Of a DNA stretch of 64,000 nt, positions 46,521 to 56,838 are shown one piece after another (the stretch's first letter is position 1; each line of letters starts with the position of its first letter). The stretch is from a virus (Duplodnaviria > Caudoviricetes). The DNA lies in IMG/VR virus record IMGVR_UViG_3300021514_000002, positions 192,001 through 256,000 of that record. One strand, written 5' to 3'. The notes beneath the pieces were generated by a model. The model searched no databases, had not been told where the DNA came from, and saw nothing but the letters and a program-made list of their open reading frames with translations. A program made the position numbers and the translations under genes.

Positions 46521-47227
46521 TCATCCGCTCCCAGTAATTGTTCAATGTAATTTCTATCCTTCGTAAATATAGGAATATCCTTATCATATCCACTAGTAGT
46601 GACACAAAATCCGCGTTTTTTCCAAGTATCCACATCGTTCCAATTTTGTTGATGTGATTTCATTAACATGTCTTGTACTTGCGAGACATTCTTACCGTGT
46701 AATTGTTTATGCGAAAAATAAAACTGACCAAGCATATTAATACTATTACGTGTAGCATCTTGTTGACGCCAAACGAAGTAATTAACCACTTCTTCTTTAG
46801 GAACATTAAACACTCGTGCATCAAATAACGCTGTACTTAAATCTGTGTCTTGGTTAAAAGATGCAGTTGCCAAAGAAGATGAAATGGAAGTAATTTTTTG
46901 GATATTACCATCAAACCATTGATCTGTAGCCAATCGTTTCCAATCGTTTAATAAAATTGATATTTCGTCACTTTGTGAATAGGCCAATACCGCATTCTGG
47001 ATATTGTCCATTAGGTACTGTGTAGTCTTGCGCATTAATCTATACATTACACCACTATATGGTTCATTATTCAATGATTCATCCACAGAAAATAATTGCC
47101 GCGTCCATGTATGAAACGCCTTACCATCCAAGCGAATGATGACAGGGGTACGGCGAAGCAATTTAGATTTTGAAACTGCTTCATATCCCTTCATACGCGA
47201 TCCTAAATTATCTGATTTGTGGCTCAT
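46517..47227 (-). CDS. tRNA-His guanylyltransferase (Thg1)-like protein
   Basis: IIRLDGKAFH, YSQSDEISI, FDARVF, YFVWRQQDATRNSI. Confidence 0.92.
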   Translation of the reverse strand: MSHKSDNLGSRMKGYEAVSKSKLLRRTPVIIRLDGKAFHTWTRQLFSVDESLNNEPYSGVMYRLMRKTTQYLMDNIQNAVLAYSQSDEISILLNDWKRLATDQWFDGNIQKITSISSSLATASFNQDTDLSTALFDARVFNVPKEEVVNYFVWRQQDATRNSINMLGQFYFSHKQLHGKNVSQVQDMLMKSHQQNWNDVDTWKKRGFCVTTSGYDKDIPIFTKDRNYIEQLLGADE

Positions 47228-47933
47228 GACTCCCCCAATTTTGATGTATTTTTTTGTGACATGTTCTGCATAATGTTAACCCATTTTTTAAATCTTTATC
47301 TGCAATTTCTGGTTGAATAATCAACCAATCAATTTTTTCTGATTCCGTTACAAATGTATTTTCTTTTAATAAATTTACTATAATCGTAGATATTGGTGAA
47401 ATATGGTGTGCATCAAGATTCTTAGTTGCACCACAATGTTGACATATACATTTATCTCTATCCATAACTTTGTGAAACCATTTATTTTTTCTTTGTAATG
47501 CGCTTTTAACCCTTTGGTTGAGACTCTTTTTGCCGCCCTTCCATGCTGTTGCATTTTCGCCAGTTTTACCAATTCGCGATTTTGACATTTTATTCTTTGT
47601 TTTTTCTGTGTGTCTTTTCCCCCACATGGGATTATTTTCGCCTTTAAGGGAAGGCCGGTTCGCAATAGCATTATAGTATAGAACACTCGATTTAATGCTC
47701 TTACTATGATTTCTCTTTCTTTCTTCGTTTTGCCAAAAATCTTTACCACATTGTGGATTTTTTCTCGATGCAATTTTCGCAGCACAGTTGACACAATAAT
47801 CTTTATCTATTTCTCTTTTCTTTCTACTTGCTTTTACTGACGATATTCTTCTATTATTAATTTTCCCACAATCGTCACATTTTACTGCAACTTTGATTTT
47901 TACCTGCAGGCCTTCAATATTGATCATAAACAT
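47208..47933 (-). mobile_element. HNH homing endonuclease with NUMOD3 motif
   Basis: KGENNPMWGKRHTEKTKNKMS; RDKCICQHCG..LDAHHI..NGLTLCRTCHKKIH; own TATAAATA. Confidence 0.85.
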
Positions 47934-47995
47934 TATAGATCTCCTTCTTATAATATTTATAAGTTATATTAATTCAATTACCAACAAATGTCCGT

Positions 47996-48220
47996 TTATA
48001 AGTTATCTTTGAGATATAACCATCGTGTTACGGCAAGGGATATAAAATATGCCCATCCCAGTAAAGATATAATGGCAGCATCTGCGGTTATTAATAATAA
48101 TCCCACAAACATTACACCCCATAGCGGCCAAAACTGTGAAACTTTGCCTTGATCATCGTACCATTGGTTATATTTCTTTAAGTTATTTTTTATTGTCTTC
48201 CACATAATTTCTCTTCTCAA
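47996..48220 (-). CDS. Small membrane protein
   Basis: Two hydrophobic segments. Confidence 0.55.
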   Translation of the reverse strand: MRREIMWKTIKNNLKKYNQWYDDQGKVSQFWPLWGVMFVGLLLITADAAIISLLGWAYFISLAVTRWLYLKDNL

Positions 48221-48467
48221 AACAGAATGTTGAACCTTTATTTGTACCTACGATAAAAATGCATTGCATATAATGTGCAGTCTGCAGTGTAAATTCATAA
48301 AGGCGCATATCGCCACCTGCGGCGGCGAGACGTGTTACACTGTCGGCGCTAACCGTAGCGGTCGTAAAAACACTACCATCATCAAACCATTGCTTTTTCA
48401 CATAGTAAAGACCTGATAGGATAATTACTGTTGCTACAATATAAAAAGTTATTTTAAATTTGCTCAT
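48183..48467 (-). CDS. Hypothetical protein with N-terminal TM helix
   Basis: Hydrophobic N-terminus; two C-terminal Cys. Confidence 0.55.
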   Translation of the reverse strand: MSKFKITFYIVATVIILSGLYYVKKQWFDDGSVFTTATVSADSVTRLAAAGGDMRLYEFTLQTAHYMQCIFIVGTNKGSTFCFEKRNYVEDNKK

Positions 48468-48952
48468 TTTGCCATCCCAAATGTGTTAAGTTTATTCATG
48501 AATTTTGCTTCCCATTTAGTATATTCTTCTACACGCGCAAAACCTGTGTCAGAAAAAAGAGTAATAGTACCATCTTCTGTTAAACTTTCTGACGCCAATT
48601 GTGAGAATCCTGAACGAAGAACCGCTGCCCCTTCATAGATCTTCTCGGGAAGAACGATACCTGCACAGGTTAACGCCCCATCTAGCGCTTCGTGAGATTC
48701 ACAGAAATCTGTCCATGGGTATGGGTTTTGAGGATCATCTAGATCTACCAATAGATTACGAATGTTATCACCGTATCCACCATTTAACAAAATCATAGTC
48801 TTGTGATTTTTCGCCCAATCATATAATATTTCGGTTTTTTCCTGATGAAAGGCGATATTATATTTTACGAACATGTCAGAAATGACATGTGCACTTTGCA
48901 ACCCAACCTGTATTGACGATAAATACATATTAGAAAAAGAATAGAATCTCAT
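48464..48952 (-). CDS. Peptidyl-tRNA hydrolase 2-like protein
   Basis: SIQVGLQSAHV, KTMILLNGG, FCES..LDGALTCAGIVLP resemble the PTH2 fold. Confidence 0.55.
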   Translation of the reverse strand: MRFYSFSNMYLSSIQVGLQSAHVISDMFVKYNIAFHQEKTEILYDWAKNHKTMILLNGGYGDNIRNLLVDLDDPQNPYPWTDFCESHEALDGALTCAGIVLPEKIYEGAAVLRSGFSQLASESLTEDGTITLFSDTGFARVEEYTKWEAKFMNKLNTFGMAK

Positions 48953-48985
48953 ATTTTACCTCTTAATTTATAGTGATAGCATAAC

Positions 48986-49849
48986 ATGAAACCTTTAATA
49001 GGTCAACAAGAAAGTAACAGAAAACACCAAGAAAAACGCAGACGTGCGGCAGGAATTCCAACAAGAGAACAAATACGTGCAAGAAATATGCAAATATTCG
49101 TTCAAGTATCTGAAAAGGTTCATAAAAACAAATATAATTATTCGGATGTTGTTTATGTTAATAGTTTAACAAAGGTAAAAATTAAATGTCCTAATCATGA
49201 CATCTTCCATCAAATCCCGCACGCACATAAAGATGGACAAGGGTGTCCAGAATGCGCATTACGAAAAAAACATAATGGTTTTAGAAAATCATTAAAAAGT
49301 TTTATTAGTGAATCTAATATAGTACATGACAACAAGTATGATTATTCGGAAACATTCTATGTTAATAATAAAACTAAAGTTGATATCATATGTCCTGAAC
49401 ATGGAAAATTTTCACAACAAGCCAAAGCACATCTACATGGGCAGGGTTGTCCTTGCTGTGGTGCGGCGGCGAGAATATCCATAACAATGTCAAAAGGCGA
49501 GACAAAAATCTTAAACTTTTTAAAAAACCACCATGTTGATTTCATACCACAACAAACTTTTAAGGATTGTAAATATTAAAGCTTTCTCAGCTTCGATTTT
49601 TACTTACCAGAACAAAATATGTTAATAGAGTTCGATGGCAAGCAACACTATGAATTTGTTAAGAAATTCCATGATAATATAGAAGGGTTTAAAATACAAC
49701 AGGCGAGGGACAAGATAAAAACACAATATGCCCTTGATAATAATATCACGTTAGTAAGAATACGCTGGGATGAAGAGAGCGCGATCCATGATATTCTTTA
49801 CAAATCAATATTTTTCCATTCCAAACAAGCGTCGTTATCTCAAGTCTAA
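48986..49849 (+). pseudogene. DUF723-repeat + PD-(D/E)xK homing endonuclease broken by an in-frame TAA
   Basis: ..FKDCKY*SFLSFDFYLPEQNMLIEFDGKQHY; TAA at 49577-49579, and the 49619 ORF is in the same frame. Confidence 0.8.
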
Positions 49850-49855
49850 TAATGC

Positions 49856-50218
49856 CTACTTATGAAAATGGACTAACGGGATAACAGATGATTGTTTGGG
49901 GGATATTTTAATATTACAAACTGGCTGCTGTGCTGGCGCATATGATACATGATATAAGAAAGTAGCATACCAAATTTCAAGAAATATAATGGTCGACATA
50001 TGAAATGCCGCGAAGGTAGTAAAAACGAACAAAATAAAAATAAGGGAAATGGCAATAACGGCGATTAGCAACATGCACCACCCGTTTGTAATCTTTATTG
50101 TTGGGTCAGTGGTTTCTGAATCACCAGTGAGTTTATATAATAAATATGTACTCCACGCGATCAATATTCCACTCATAAAACTAAAAATCGTAGGTAATAG
50201 TAAAAGTACTGTTTCCAT
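49856..50218 (-). CDS. Membrane protein
   Basis: Three hydrophobic segments; ends in TAG. Confidence 0.6.
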   Translation of the reverse strand: METVLLLLPTIFSFMSGILIAWSTYLLYKLTGDSETTDPTIKITNGWCMLLIAVIAISLIFILFVFTTFAAFHMSTIIFLEIWYATFLYHVSYAPAQQPVCNIKISPKQSSVIPLVHFHK

Positions 50219-50229
50219 GATAGTTCCTC

Positions 50230-50508
50230 TTATTGGTTTTCATTATTTAATCGACGCTTAACTTGTGTTAAATTTTTTTTAATGCCGACAATGTTTTTTT
50301 CTATATCACTAAGTTTTTTCAATATTTTAATAGTATTTTGATCATGTGTGTTATTTTGTTCAATTAGTAGCACATTGGGGGGTAATTCAACAACACGCAA
50401 TGCCGCGAAGCCGATTACGCTTCCAATAATTATAATAATCATAATCTTAAAACCAATACCATGAGCACAAGATTTACACTTTTCGGTATTATTTCCAAAA
50501 TGTAGCAT
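50230..50508 (-). CDS. Membrane-anchored coiled-coil protein
   Basis: TM helix followed by coiled coil; TATAAATA at 50543. Confidence 0.6.
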   Translation of the reverse strand: MLHFGNNTEKCKSCAHGIGFKIMIIIIIGSVIGFAALRVVELPPNVLLIEQNNTHDQNTIKILKKLSDIEKNIVGIKKNLTQVKRRLNNENQ

Positions 50509-50596
50509 GTATTCCTCCTGATGAATATTGTGATTGCAATTATATTTATAATAGTTGTATTTTTAACCCAAAAAATATTATGTATCAAGGTTAAAA

Positions 50597-50992
50597 ATGT
50601 CCATAAAGAATGTAAATGAAATAAATAATATCAAGTACGCAAAGGAGCACATGATGACCAACCCGAACCAATTAGAAAATAACGATAGCGATCACGATAA
50701 GGCTCCTATGACGTTGACTCTTCGTGATGTGGTACTTATTATCGCTGCGGTAATATCAATGGCGACAGCATGGGGAATGTTTGGAACGCGACTATCTGTG
50801 GTTGAGCAGAAAGTTATATCTATCGGCGGGAATTTGGTACAAATAAGACAAATAATTAAAGAGCTGAGAGTGGAAGATATAACCGATCATACAGGATTGC
50901 ACCTAGAGTTAGAAAAACTCGAGGCCAGGCTGCGAGCGATTGAGAATGAGCAGGCAGAACTAAAAGGGTTATTGCATTTAAATAAAATATAA
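50597..50992 (+). CDS. TM helix + coiled-coil protein (possible lysis accessory)
   Basis: VVLIIAAVISMATAWGMF followed by heptad repeats. Confidence 0.6.
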   Translation: MSIKNVNEINNIKYAKEHMMTNPNQLENNDSDHDKAPMTLTLRDVVLIIAAVISMATAWGMFGTRLSVVEQKVISIGGNLVQIRQIIKELRVEDITDHTGLHLELEKLEARLRAIENEQAELKGLLHLNKI

Positions 50993-51010
50993 ACCCCAAG
51001 TGGGGTTTAT
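50989..51010. terminator. Bidirectional hairpin between convergent genes
   Basis: ATAAACCCCA-ag-TGGGGTTTAT. Confidence 0.75.
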
Positions 51011-51027
51011 ATTTTATTTAATAACCG

Positions 51028-51786
51028 CTATGAAGTTTCTTCTGATGCAACAATCCAAGATTTAACAAATTGACTTCGTACAATATCATGTTTCGTGAAT
51101 TGTACTGATTCAAATTCCGTCATCCTATCAAAGACATTAAGAGCGTGGCGCATACCAGACACGCCATTTTTCTTACCATCTAAATCAGATTGTTTTATAT
51201 CACCAGTGAAGATAATACGCGTATTTTTGCCAATTCTCGTCATAATAGAATCAATTTCATGGAACGTCATATTTTCACCCTCATCAACAATGACGATTGC
51301 ATTATCCCATGTTAATCCACGGATAAATGATGTTGTCATGAATTCTATTAGTCCGGCTTCTTTCATATCATGATAGGTAGAATTTCGTCCAATAAGTTCA
51401 TACATAATATCATGGTATGGTAATTCGTATAGGGCAGTTTTTTCTTCAAGGGTACCAGGAAGATATCCGACTTCCCTTGTAGGAACTGCCGAACGAACTA
51501 TTATTATTTTATTTTGATGTTTTCCGAGGATTTCGTGTATTGCTAGATATAGTGCTAAGAATGTTTTTCCTGTCCCTGCTGATCCGTGAGCACAAATGTG
51601 TTTATCATCATACCAAGCGTGGAACATGTCTTCCTGCGTTGGTGTGAGTGGTTTTACTGCCTTTACGTCGTGTTTTGACCAATGTTTCCTTTTGCTTCCT
51701 TCTTCCATTGCTCTCCCATTTTGAACTAATGCTAATGATATTGTTTCTAACTCAGCCTGTCGGCCATTGCGATGCTTCTTTCTCAT
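51028..51786 (-). CDS. phoH: PhoH-family ATPase
   Basis: GSAGTGKTFLA, IVRSAVP..GYLPG, SFIRGLTW..IVDEGEN, TGDIKQSD, DIVRS. Confidence 0.95.
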   Translation of the reverse strand: MRKKHRNGRQAELETISLALVQNGRAMEEGSKRKHWSKHDVKAVKPLTPTQEDMFHAWYDDKHICAHGSAGTGKTFLALYLAIHEILGKHQNKIIIVRSAVPTREVGYLPGTLEEKTALYELPYHDIMYELIGRNSTYHDMKEAGLIEFMTTSFIRGLTWDNAIVIVDEGENMTFHEIDSIMTRIGKNTRIIFTGDIKQSDLDGKKNGVSGMRHALNVFDRMTEFESVQFTKHDIVRSQFVKSWIVASEETS

Positions 51787-51855
51787 AAAGTTAACCCTCC
51801 GGTTTTGTTTTAAAGAAGATTATACTTATTTATGTTCTTTTGCTACAAAACGAAA

Positions 51856-51879
51856 AAAGGACGCCATGTGGCGTCCTTT
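51856..51879 (-). terminator. Intrinsic terminator after spoVR-like gene
   Basis: AAAGGACGCCA-tg-TGGCGTCCTTT with a T tail on the minus strand. Confidence 0.85.
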
Positions 51880-51917
51880 ATCGGATTTATTAAATAAATA
51901 ACAAGATTGTATTACTA

Positions 51918-53459
51918 TTAATCATCTTCTTCTAAGAAAATATCAAGGACAGGTTCATCCTTCTCGTCAACGTAGTACACTGCTCTAACTTCTTCAGATT
52001 CATCAACAGATTCAAGAACTACCTTATAACCCCATAAATATTTCATATACCGTAGGGTATCTATTGTTGTTTCAGTCTCCAATGGTCGCTTATTAACCAT
52101 ATAATGACGAAGCGTTAAAGTACGGTCACCCCATCGATCAACATCATATACCTGAATATCAGGTGTCTGATATCCAATATTATATTGTTTCGAAAGTGCA
52201 GAACGTATAGTGGCGTAGCCTTGTTTATTATGAATTCCGCTAATAGTCAATTTTGGATCTTGTTCATCATCATGGACAGCAAACATTCTAAAATTACGCA
52301 TCACCTTTGGGGATAAAAATTGTTGGATAAAACTTTCATCTTTGAAATTTTCAACTGCCCATTTCACATTTTTCAACCAATCGCCATTACCAACCCATTC
52401 TTGGTTACCAAACCACTCGCGGTCTTCTTCTGTTGGTTCCATTGATATGCGTTCAATATCTTGATACATGGCGAAGCCAAGTGCATATGGGTTAATTCCA
52501 CTAAAATAATCATCATCAAAATCACGTTGATGAATTACACCAGTATGTGAAGTATAGAATTCAAGCATAGCTCCATCATCCAAAATCCCCTTATCATATA
52601 AGTCATGTACAATTTTATGATGAAAGAACGTAGCACACCCTTCATTCATGACTTGTGTCTGACGTTGTGGATAAAAGTATTGTGAAATTTTCCGAACAAT
52701 GCGGATAATTTCACGCTTCCAATCATCTAAGCGTGGAGCGTTTTTTTCAATAAAATAAAGGATGTTTTCATGTGGTTCTTTTGGAAAACGATCTTCTTCT
52801 TTTTCATCTTCTTTTTCTGTTGTCCCTGGAACCGTCTTCCAGATATCGTTTAATTGTGATTGGATGTAGGCATCGCGTTCTTTTCTAAGTTCTTCGCTTT
52901 TTTCAAAAGAAAGATGATTAGGACGACTATACTTATCAACCCCATACACTTGCAAAGAATGTGTAGCATCAATTAAAGCTTCTACTTCATCTGTGCCATA
53001 TCGTTCTTCACAATCACGTATGTATTTTTTAGCAAATACAAGATAATCAATAATACCTTCTGCATCTGTCCATTGTTTGAATAAGTAGTTATTAGCGAAG
53101 AAATGATTATGTCCAAACGATGCGTGCGCAATAACTAGCGTTTGCATCATCATGGTATTTTCTTCCATTAAATACGCAATACAAGGGTTAGAATTGATTA
53201 CGATTTCATATGCTAATCCCATACGGCCACGCTTATAAGCTTCTAATTCTCGCACAAATTGTTCACCAAACGACCAATGGGGATAGTATAGAGGCAATCC
53301 TACAGCAGAATATGCATCAAGCATTTGTTCTGAAGAAATAATTTCCAATTGGTTAGGATAATAATTTAATCCGTATTTCTCGTTGGCAATTTTCTGAATT
53401 TCAACATAGATTTCATCTATTTTATCAAAATCCCATTCTTGTCCTGATGTAATTTTCAT
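51918..53459 (-). CDS. spoVR: SpoVR/YcgB-family protein
   Basis: YPHWSFG, GLAYEIVINSNPCIAYLMEEN, AHASFGHNHFFANN, TQVMNEGCATFFH, INPYALG. Confidence 0.95.
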   Translation of the reverse strand: MKITSGQEWDFDKIDEIYVEIQKIANEKYGLNYYPNQLEIISSEQMLDAYSAVGLPLYYPHWSFGEQFVRELEAYKRGRMGLAYEIVINSNPCIAYLMEENTMMMQTLVIAHASFGHNHFFANNYLFKQWTDAEGIIDYLVFAKKYIRDCEERYGTDEVEALIDATHSLQVYGVDKYSRPNHLSFEKSEELRKERDAYIQSQLNDIWKTVPGTTEKEDEKEEDRFPKEPHENILYFIEKNAPRLDDWKREIIRIVRKISQYFYPQRQTQVMNEGCATFFHHKIVHDLYDKGILDDGAMLEFYTSHTGVIHQRDFDDDYFSGINPYALGFAMYQDIERISMEPTEEDREWFGNQEWVGNGDWLKNVKWAVENFKDESFIQQFLSPKVMRNFRMFAVHDDEQDPKLTISGIHNKQGYATIRSALSKQYNIGYQTPDIQVYDVDRWGDRTLTLRHYMVNKRPLETETTIDTLRYMKYLWGYKVVLESVDESEEVRAVYYVDEKDEPVLDIFLEEDD

Positions 53460-54739
53460 TGTGCTTCTCTTTTCTCGAATAAACTTCTAAAAATAGGATA
53501 TATTTCAGTAACATCCCGAACATTTGCCATTTCAAGGTTTTTAAATTCGCCTTTTAGTGCTTCATAGTGCGGCCACAAATCACTTTCTTCACCATTGCGC
53601 CACTGGTCAACTTCAACGTATGCAAAATATTGGCTTTGTGGTAAAAGATATTTTCTCATAATATCACATGCTTCAATATTATCGCGACCCCAATTATCGC
53701 CGTCAGAAATCTGACAACCAAAAATATTCCATTGGTTTGTTGGATATCTTTCTGCTATAATTTCTTTCATTAATAACAACGCAGAGGATACAACAGTACC
53801 ACCTGTTTCATGTGAATGAAAAAATTCATCTTCATCAACTTCCGAAGCACGTGTATGGTGGCGTATCCAAACAATATCAACACGTTCATAATTATAATGA
53901 AGAAATAACAACATCAACATAAAGAAGCGTTTTGCCATTTCTTTTTCCCATTCACCCATACTTGCCGATACGTCCATAATACCGAACATGACCGCTTGCG
54001 TAGTAGGCGTTGGAACTTTTTCCCAGCGATTATAACGAAGATCCATATCATCAATAAATGGCACTGCTTTAATCTTACGCTTGAGTGCATTGATTTGATC
54101 GTTTAACTTCTCAATACGAGACATGTTTTGTTCAATAACATCAATACCAGCTAGTTCCGCAAGAAGCAATTTTAATTTTTTCTTCTTCGGAGAACGGAGA
54201 GCTAAACGTCTACCCTTTGCACGCTTCATTGATTGTAGAATATTTAAGCGACTAGGGTTACCATCTACGGAAAATCCCGCCCTGTGATTTTCATATTCTT
54301 CTATCTTGGTGATAGTCTTTTTTACCATATCTGGTAATTCAAGGTCTTCAAAAAATAAATCAAGAAATTCTTCTTTTGTTAAATGAAAAGAAAAATCGTC
54401 TTCGCCTTCACCTTCTGGTGTACCTTCTTTACCAGCACCAGCACCACCTTCGGGCGGGCGGGCATGGCGATCACCTTGATTAAATTTTTTATTTCCTGGA
54501 GCAACAAAATCTTTAATACCACCTTTTTTGTCGTGGTGAAACGTAGGTTGATCTAGCCCTTTTCCTGGAATTTTAACTTTCTTTTCTTTACTATTAACGA
54601 TATCGCCAATACTTCCATCGCGAATGGTATCTTTAACAGCATCACGTACTTGTTGTTTTACGCGCTTAACAAACCGACGACGATTATCGGTACTTTTACC
54701 TTTATCGTTCTTTCTTCTGTCTATTATAATATGTGCCAT
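53456..54739 (-). CDS. yeaH: YeaH/YhbH (DUF444, vWA-like) protein
   Basis: IIDRR..KSTDNRRRF, LFFEDLELP, AVMFGIMDVSASM, ETGGTVVSS, SDGDNW. Confidence 0.95.
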   Translation of the reverse strand: MAHIIIDRRKNDKGKSTDNRRRFVKRVKQQVRDAVKDTIRDGSIGDIVNSKEKKVKIPGKGLDQPTFHHDKKGGIKDFVAPGNKKFNQGDRHARPPEGGAGAGKEGTPEGEGEDDFSFHLTKEEFLDLFFEDLELPDMVKKTITKIEEYENHRAGFSVDGNPSRLNILQSMKRAKGRRLALRSPKKKKLKLLLAELAGIDVIEQNMSRIEKLNDQINALKRKIKAVPFIDDMDLRYNRWEKVPTPTTQAVMFGIMDVSASMGEWEKEMAKRFFMLMLLFLHYNYERVDIVWIRHHTRASEVDEDEFFHSHETGGTVVSSALLLMKEIIAERYPTNQWNIFGCQISDGDNWGRDNIEACDIMRKYLLPQSQYFAYVEVDQWRNGEESDLWPHYEALKGEFKNLEMANVRDVTEIYPIFRSLFEKREAQ

Positions 54740-54788
54740 ATAAACTCCTAGTTTATTAATAGAAGGGGCATTGCTGCCCCGAATACTA

Positions 54789-56744
54789 TTAATTGTTCTT
54801 AGTATATCGCATATACCATTCTACGGCTAAGCGGACTTGCTTTTGTGTATAACCTTTTTCCATCATACGACTTACGAAATCGTTATGTTTGTCTTCTTCT
54901 TCGGCAGTCGATTTGGTATTAAATGAAATTACTGGAAGAAGTTCTTCTGTATTAGCGAACATCTTCTTCTCGATTACTTCACGTAACTTTTGGTAGCTCT
55001 TCCAATCTGGGCTTTCGCCATTATTGTTCGCTTTTACACGAAGAACAAAACCAACCACTTCATTACGGAAATCTTTCGGATTTGTGATTCCTGCAGGTTT
55101 TTCCATTTTTTCTAATTCAGCATTTAATACTTCGCGATTAAACATACTACCAGTATCAGGATCACGATAATCTTTATCTTGTATCCAGAAGTCAGCGTAT
55201 TGAATATACCGTTCAAATAAATTCTGACCATATTCGTGGTAAGATTCGAGATAAGCTTTTTGTAATTCATCGCCAAGGAATTCAGCATATTTTGGTGCCA
55301 ATGTACCTTTAATAAAGCTGATACGTGCTTCTTCCTCGTCTGATTTAAGTTGTTCTTGTTGAATCTGTTTCCCTAACACGTACATTAAGTGGATTGGATT
55401 CGCAGCAACTTCGTCAGAATCATAATTAAATACTTTAGATAAAATCTTAAATGCGAAACGCGTAGACGAACCATTCATTCCTTCCGAAACACCACCGGGT
55501 ACGTCACGATATTCGTCTAGTGATTTTGCTTGCGGGTCTTTGTCTTTTAGATTTTTACCATCATAGATTTCCATCTTTGAAAATAATTTACTATTTTCAG
55601 GTTCAATTAATCGCGTAAGTACAGAATACTGTGCCATCATTTCAATTGTTCCGGGTGCGCAAATTGCATCTGATAATTCTGAACTAGAAATTAATTTTTT
55701 ATAAATTTCTGCTTCTTCTGTGACACGGAGACAATAAGGGACTTTAACAATATAAACACGGTCTAAGAACGCTTCATTGTTTTTATTGTTGCGGAAAGTT
55801 GTCCATTCTGATTCATTAGAATGTGCAACGATAATGCCTTGGAACGGAATAGCACCAAATTGTTCAGTACCATTATAATGGCCTTCTTGTGTGGCAGTTA
55901 ATAATGGGTGGAGCATTTTAATAGGGGCTTTAAACATTTCAACGAATTCCAAAATACCTTGGGTAGAAACGTTTAAGCCACCTGCCCAATTATATGCATC
56001 TGGGTCATGCTGCTCATGATCTTCTAATTCGCGAATGTTGACCTTACCAACCAAAGATGAAATATCTTGATTATTTTCATCACCAGGTTCTACTTTAGTA
56101 ATACCTACTTGTTTTAAAATCGATGGCCAAACTTTAACTACTTTAAATTTAGAAATATCGCCTTCTGCTTCTTCAAGTCGTTTAACTGCCCAAGGCGACA
56201 TAATGTGTTTGATATAGCGCGGTGAAATATTGTATTCTTCTTTTAAAGTTTTAGCATCGTCAGTAGAATCAAATACATTAAGTGGTGATTCATAGATAGG
56301 AGAAATTTCCCATTCATTTGTTTCATGGTTCAATGCCTTTAATGCAAATACGGGAATATCTTGCATAAGTTCTTTAAGACGTTCTGCTAAGGATGACTTA
56401 CCGCCGCCCACAGGACCGAGTAAGTAAAGGATTTGTTTTGATTCTTCCAAGCCTTGTGCGGCATGGCGAAAAAATGCCACAATCTGTTCAATGGTTTCTT
56501 CCATGCCATAGAAATCGGTAAATGACGGATAAATTTTGATTTTGCGATTAGTAAAGATACGACTTAAACGATCATCTTTGCGGGTATCAACGATAGTGGG
56601 GTCGCCGATTGCCATTAACATCCGTTCTGCTGCTGATGCATAGTAACTTTTATCATTCTTACAACCTTCAAGATATTCTTCAATAGACATCTCTTCGGTT
56701 TGTTTTGTTTCATAACGTTCGTGATAGTTGGTAAATATATTCAT
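54789..56744 (-). CDS. prkA: PrkA/YeaG AAA+ serine kinase-family protein
   Basis: LLGPVGGGKSSLAE, EPGDENNQDISSLVG, EFVEMFKAPIKMLHPLLTATQEG, FLDR. Confidence 0.96.
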   Translation of the reverse strand: MNIFTNYHERYETKQTEEMSIEEYLEGCKNDKSYYASAAERMLMAIGDPTIVDTRKDDRLSRIFTNRKIKIYPSFTDFYGMEETIEQIVAFFRHAAQGLEESKQILYLLGPVGGGKSSLAERLKELMQDIPVFALKALNHETNEWEISPIYESPLNVFDSTDDAKTLKEEYNISPRYIKHIMSPWAVKRLEEAEGDISKFKVVKVWPSILKQVGITKVEPGDENNQDISSLVGKVNIRELEDHEQHDPDAYNWAGGLNVSTQGILEFVEMFKAPIKMLHPLLTATQEGHYNGTEQFGAIPFQGIIVAHSNESEWTTFRNNKNNEAFLDRVYIVKVPYCLRVTEEAEIYKKLISSSELSDAICAPGTIEMMAQYSVLTRLIEPENSKLFSKMEIYDGKNLKDKDPQAKSLDEYRDVPGGVSEGMNGSSTRFAFKILSKVFNYDSDEVAANPIHLMYVLGKQIQQEQLKSDEEEARISFIKGTLAPKYAEFLGDELQKAYLESYHEYGQNLFERYIQYADFWIQDKDYRDPDTGSMFNREVLNAELEKMEKPAGITNPKDFRNEVVGFVLRVKANNNGESPDWKSYQKLREVIEKKMFANTEELLPVISFNTKSTAEEEDKHNDFVSRMMEKGYTQKQVRLAVEWYMRYTKNN

Positions 56745-56782
56745 AGTAACCTCTTTATTGAGTTGCTCTTCTGTTAGCAGGG

Positions 56783-56811
56783 ACTATATAACAAAAGTGT
56801 TGTGTTGTCAA
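56783..56811 (-). promoter_or_regulatory. Sigma70-type promoter for the prkA operon
   Basis: TTGACA-17-TATAGT. Confidence 0.8.
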
Positions 56812-56838
56812 GATGTAACAAATAAATTTATATTAAAT

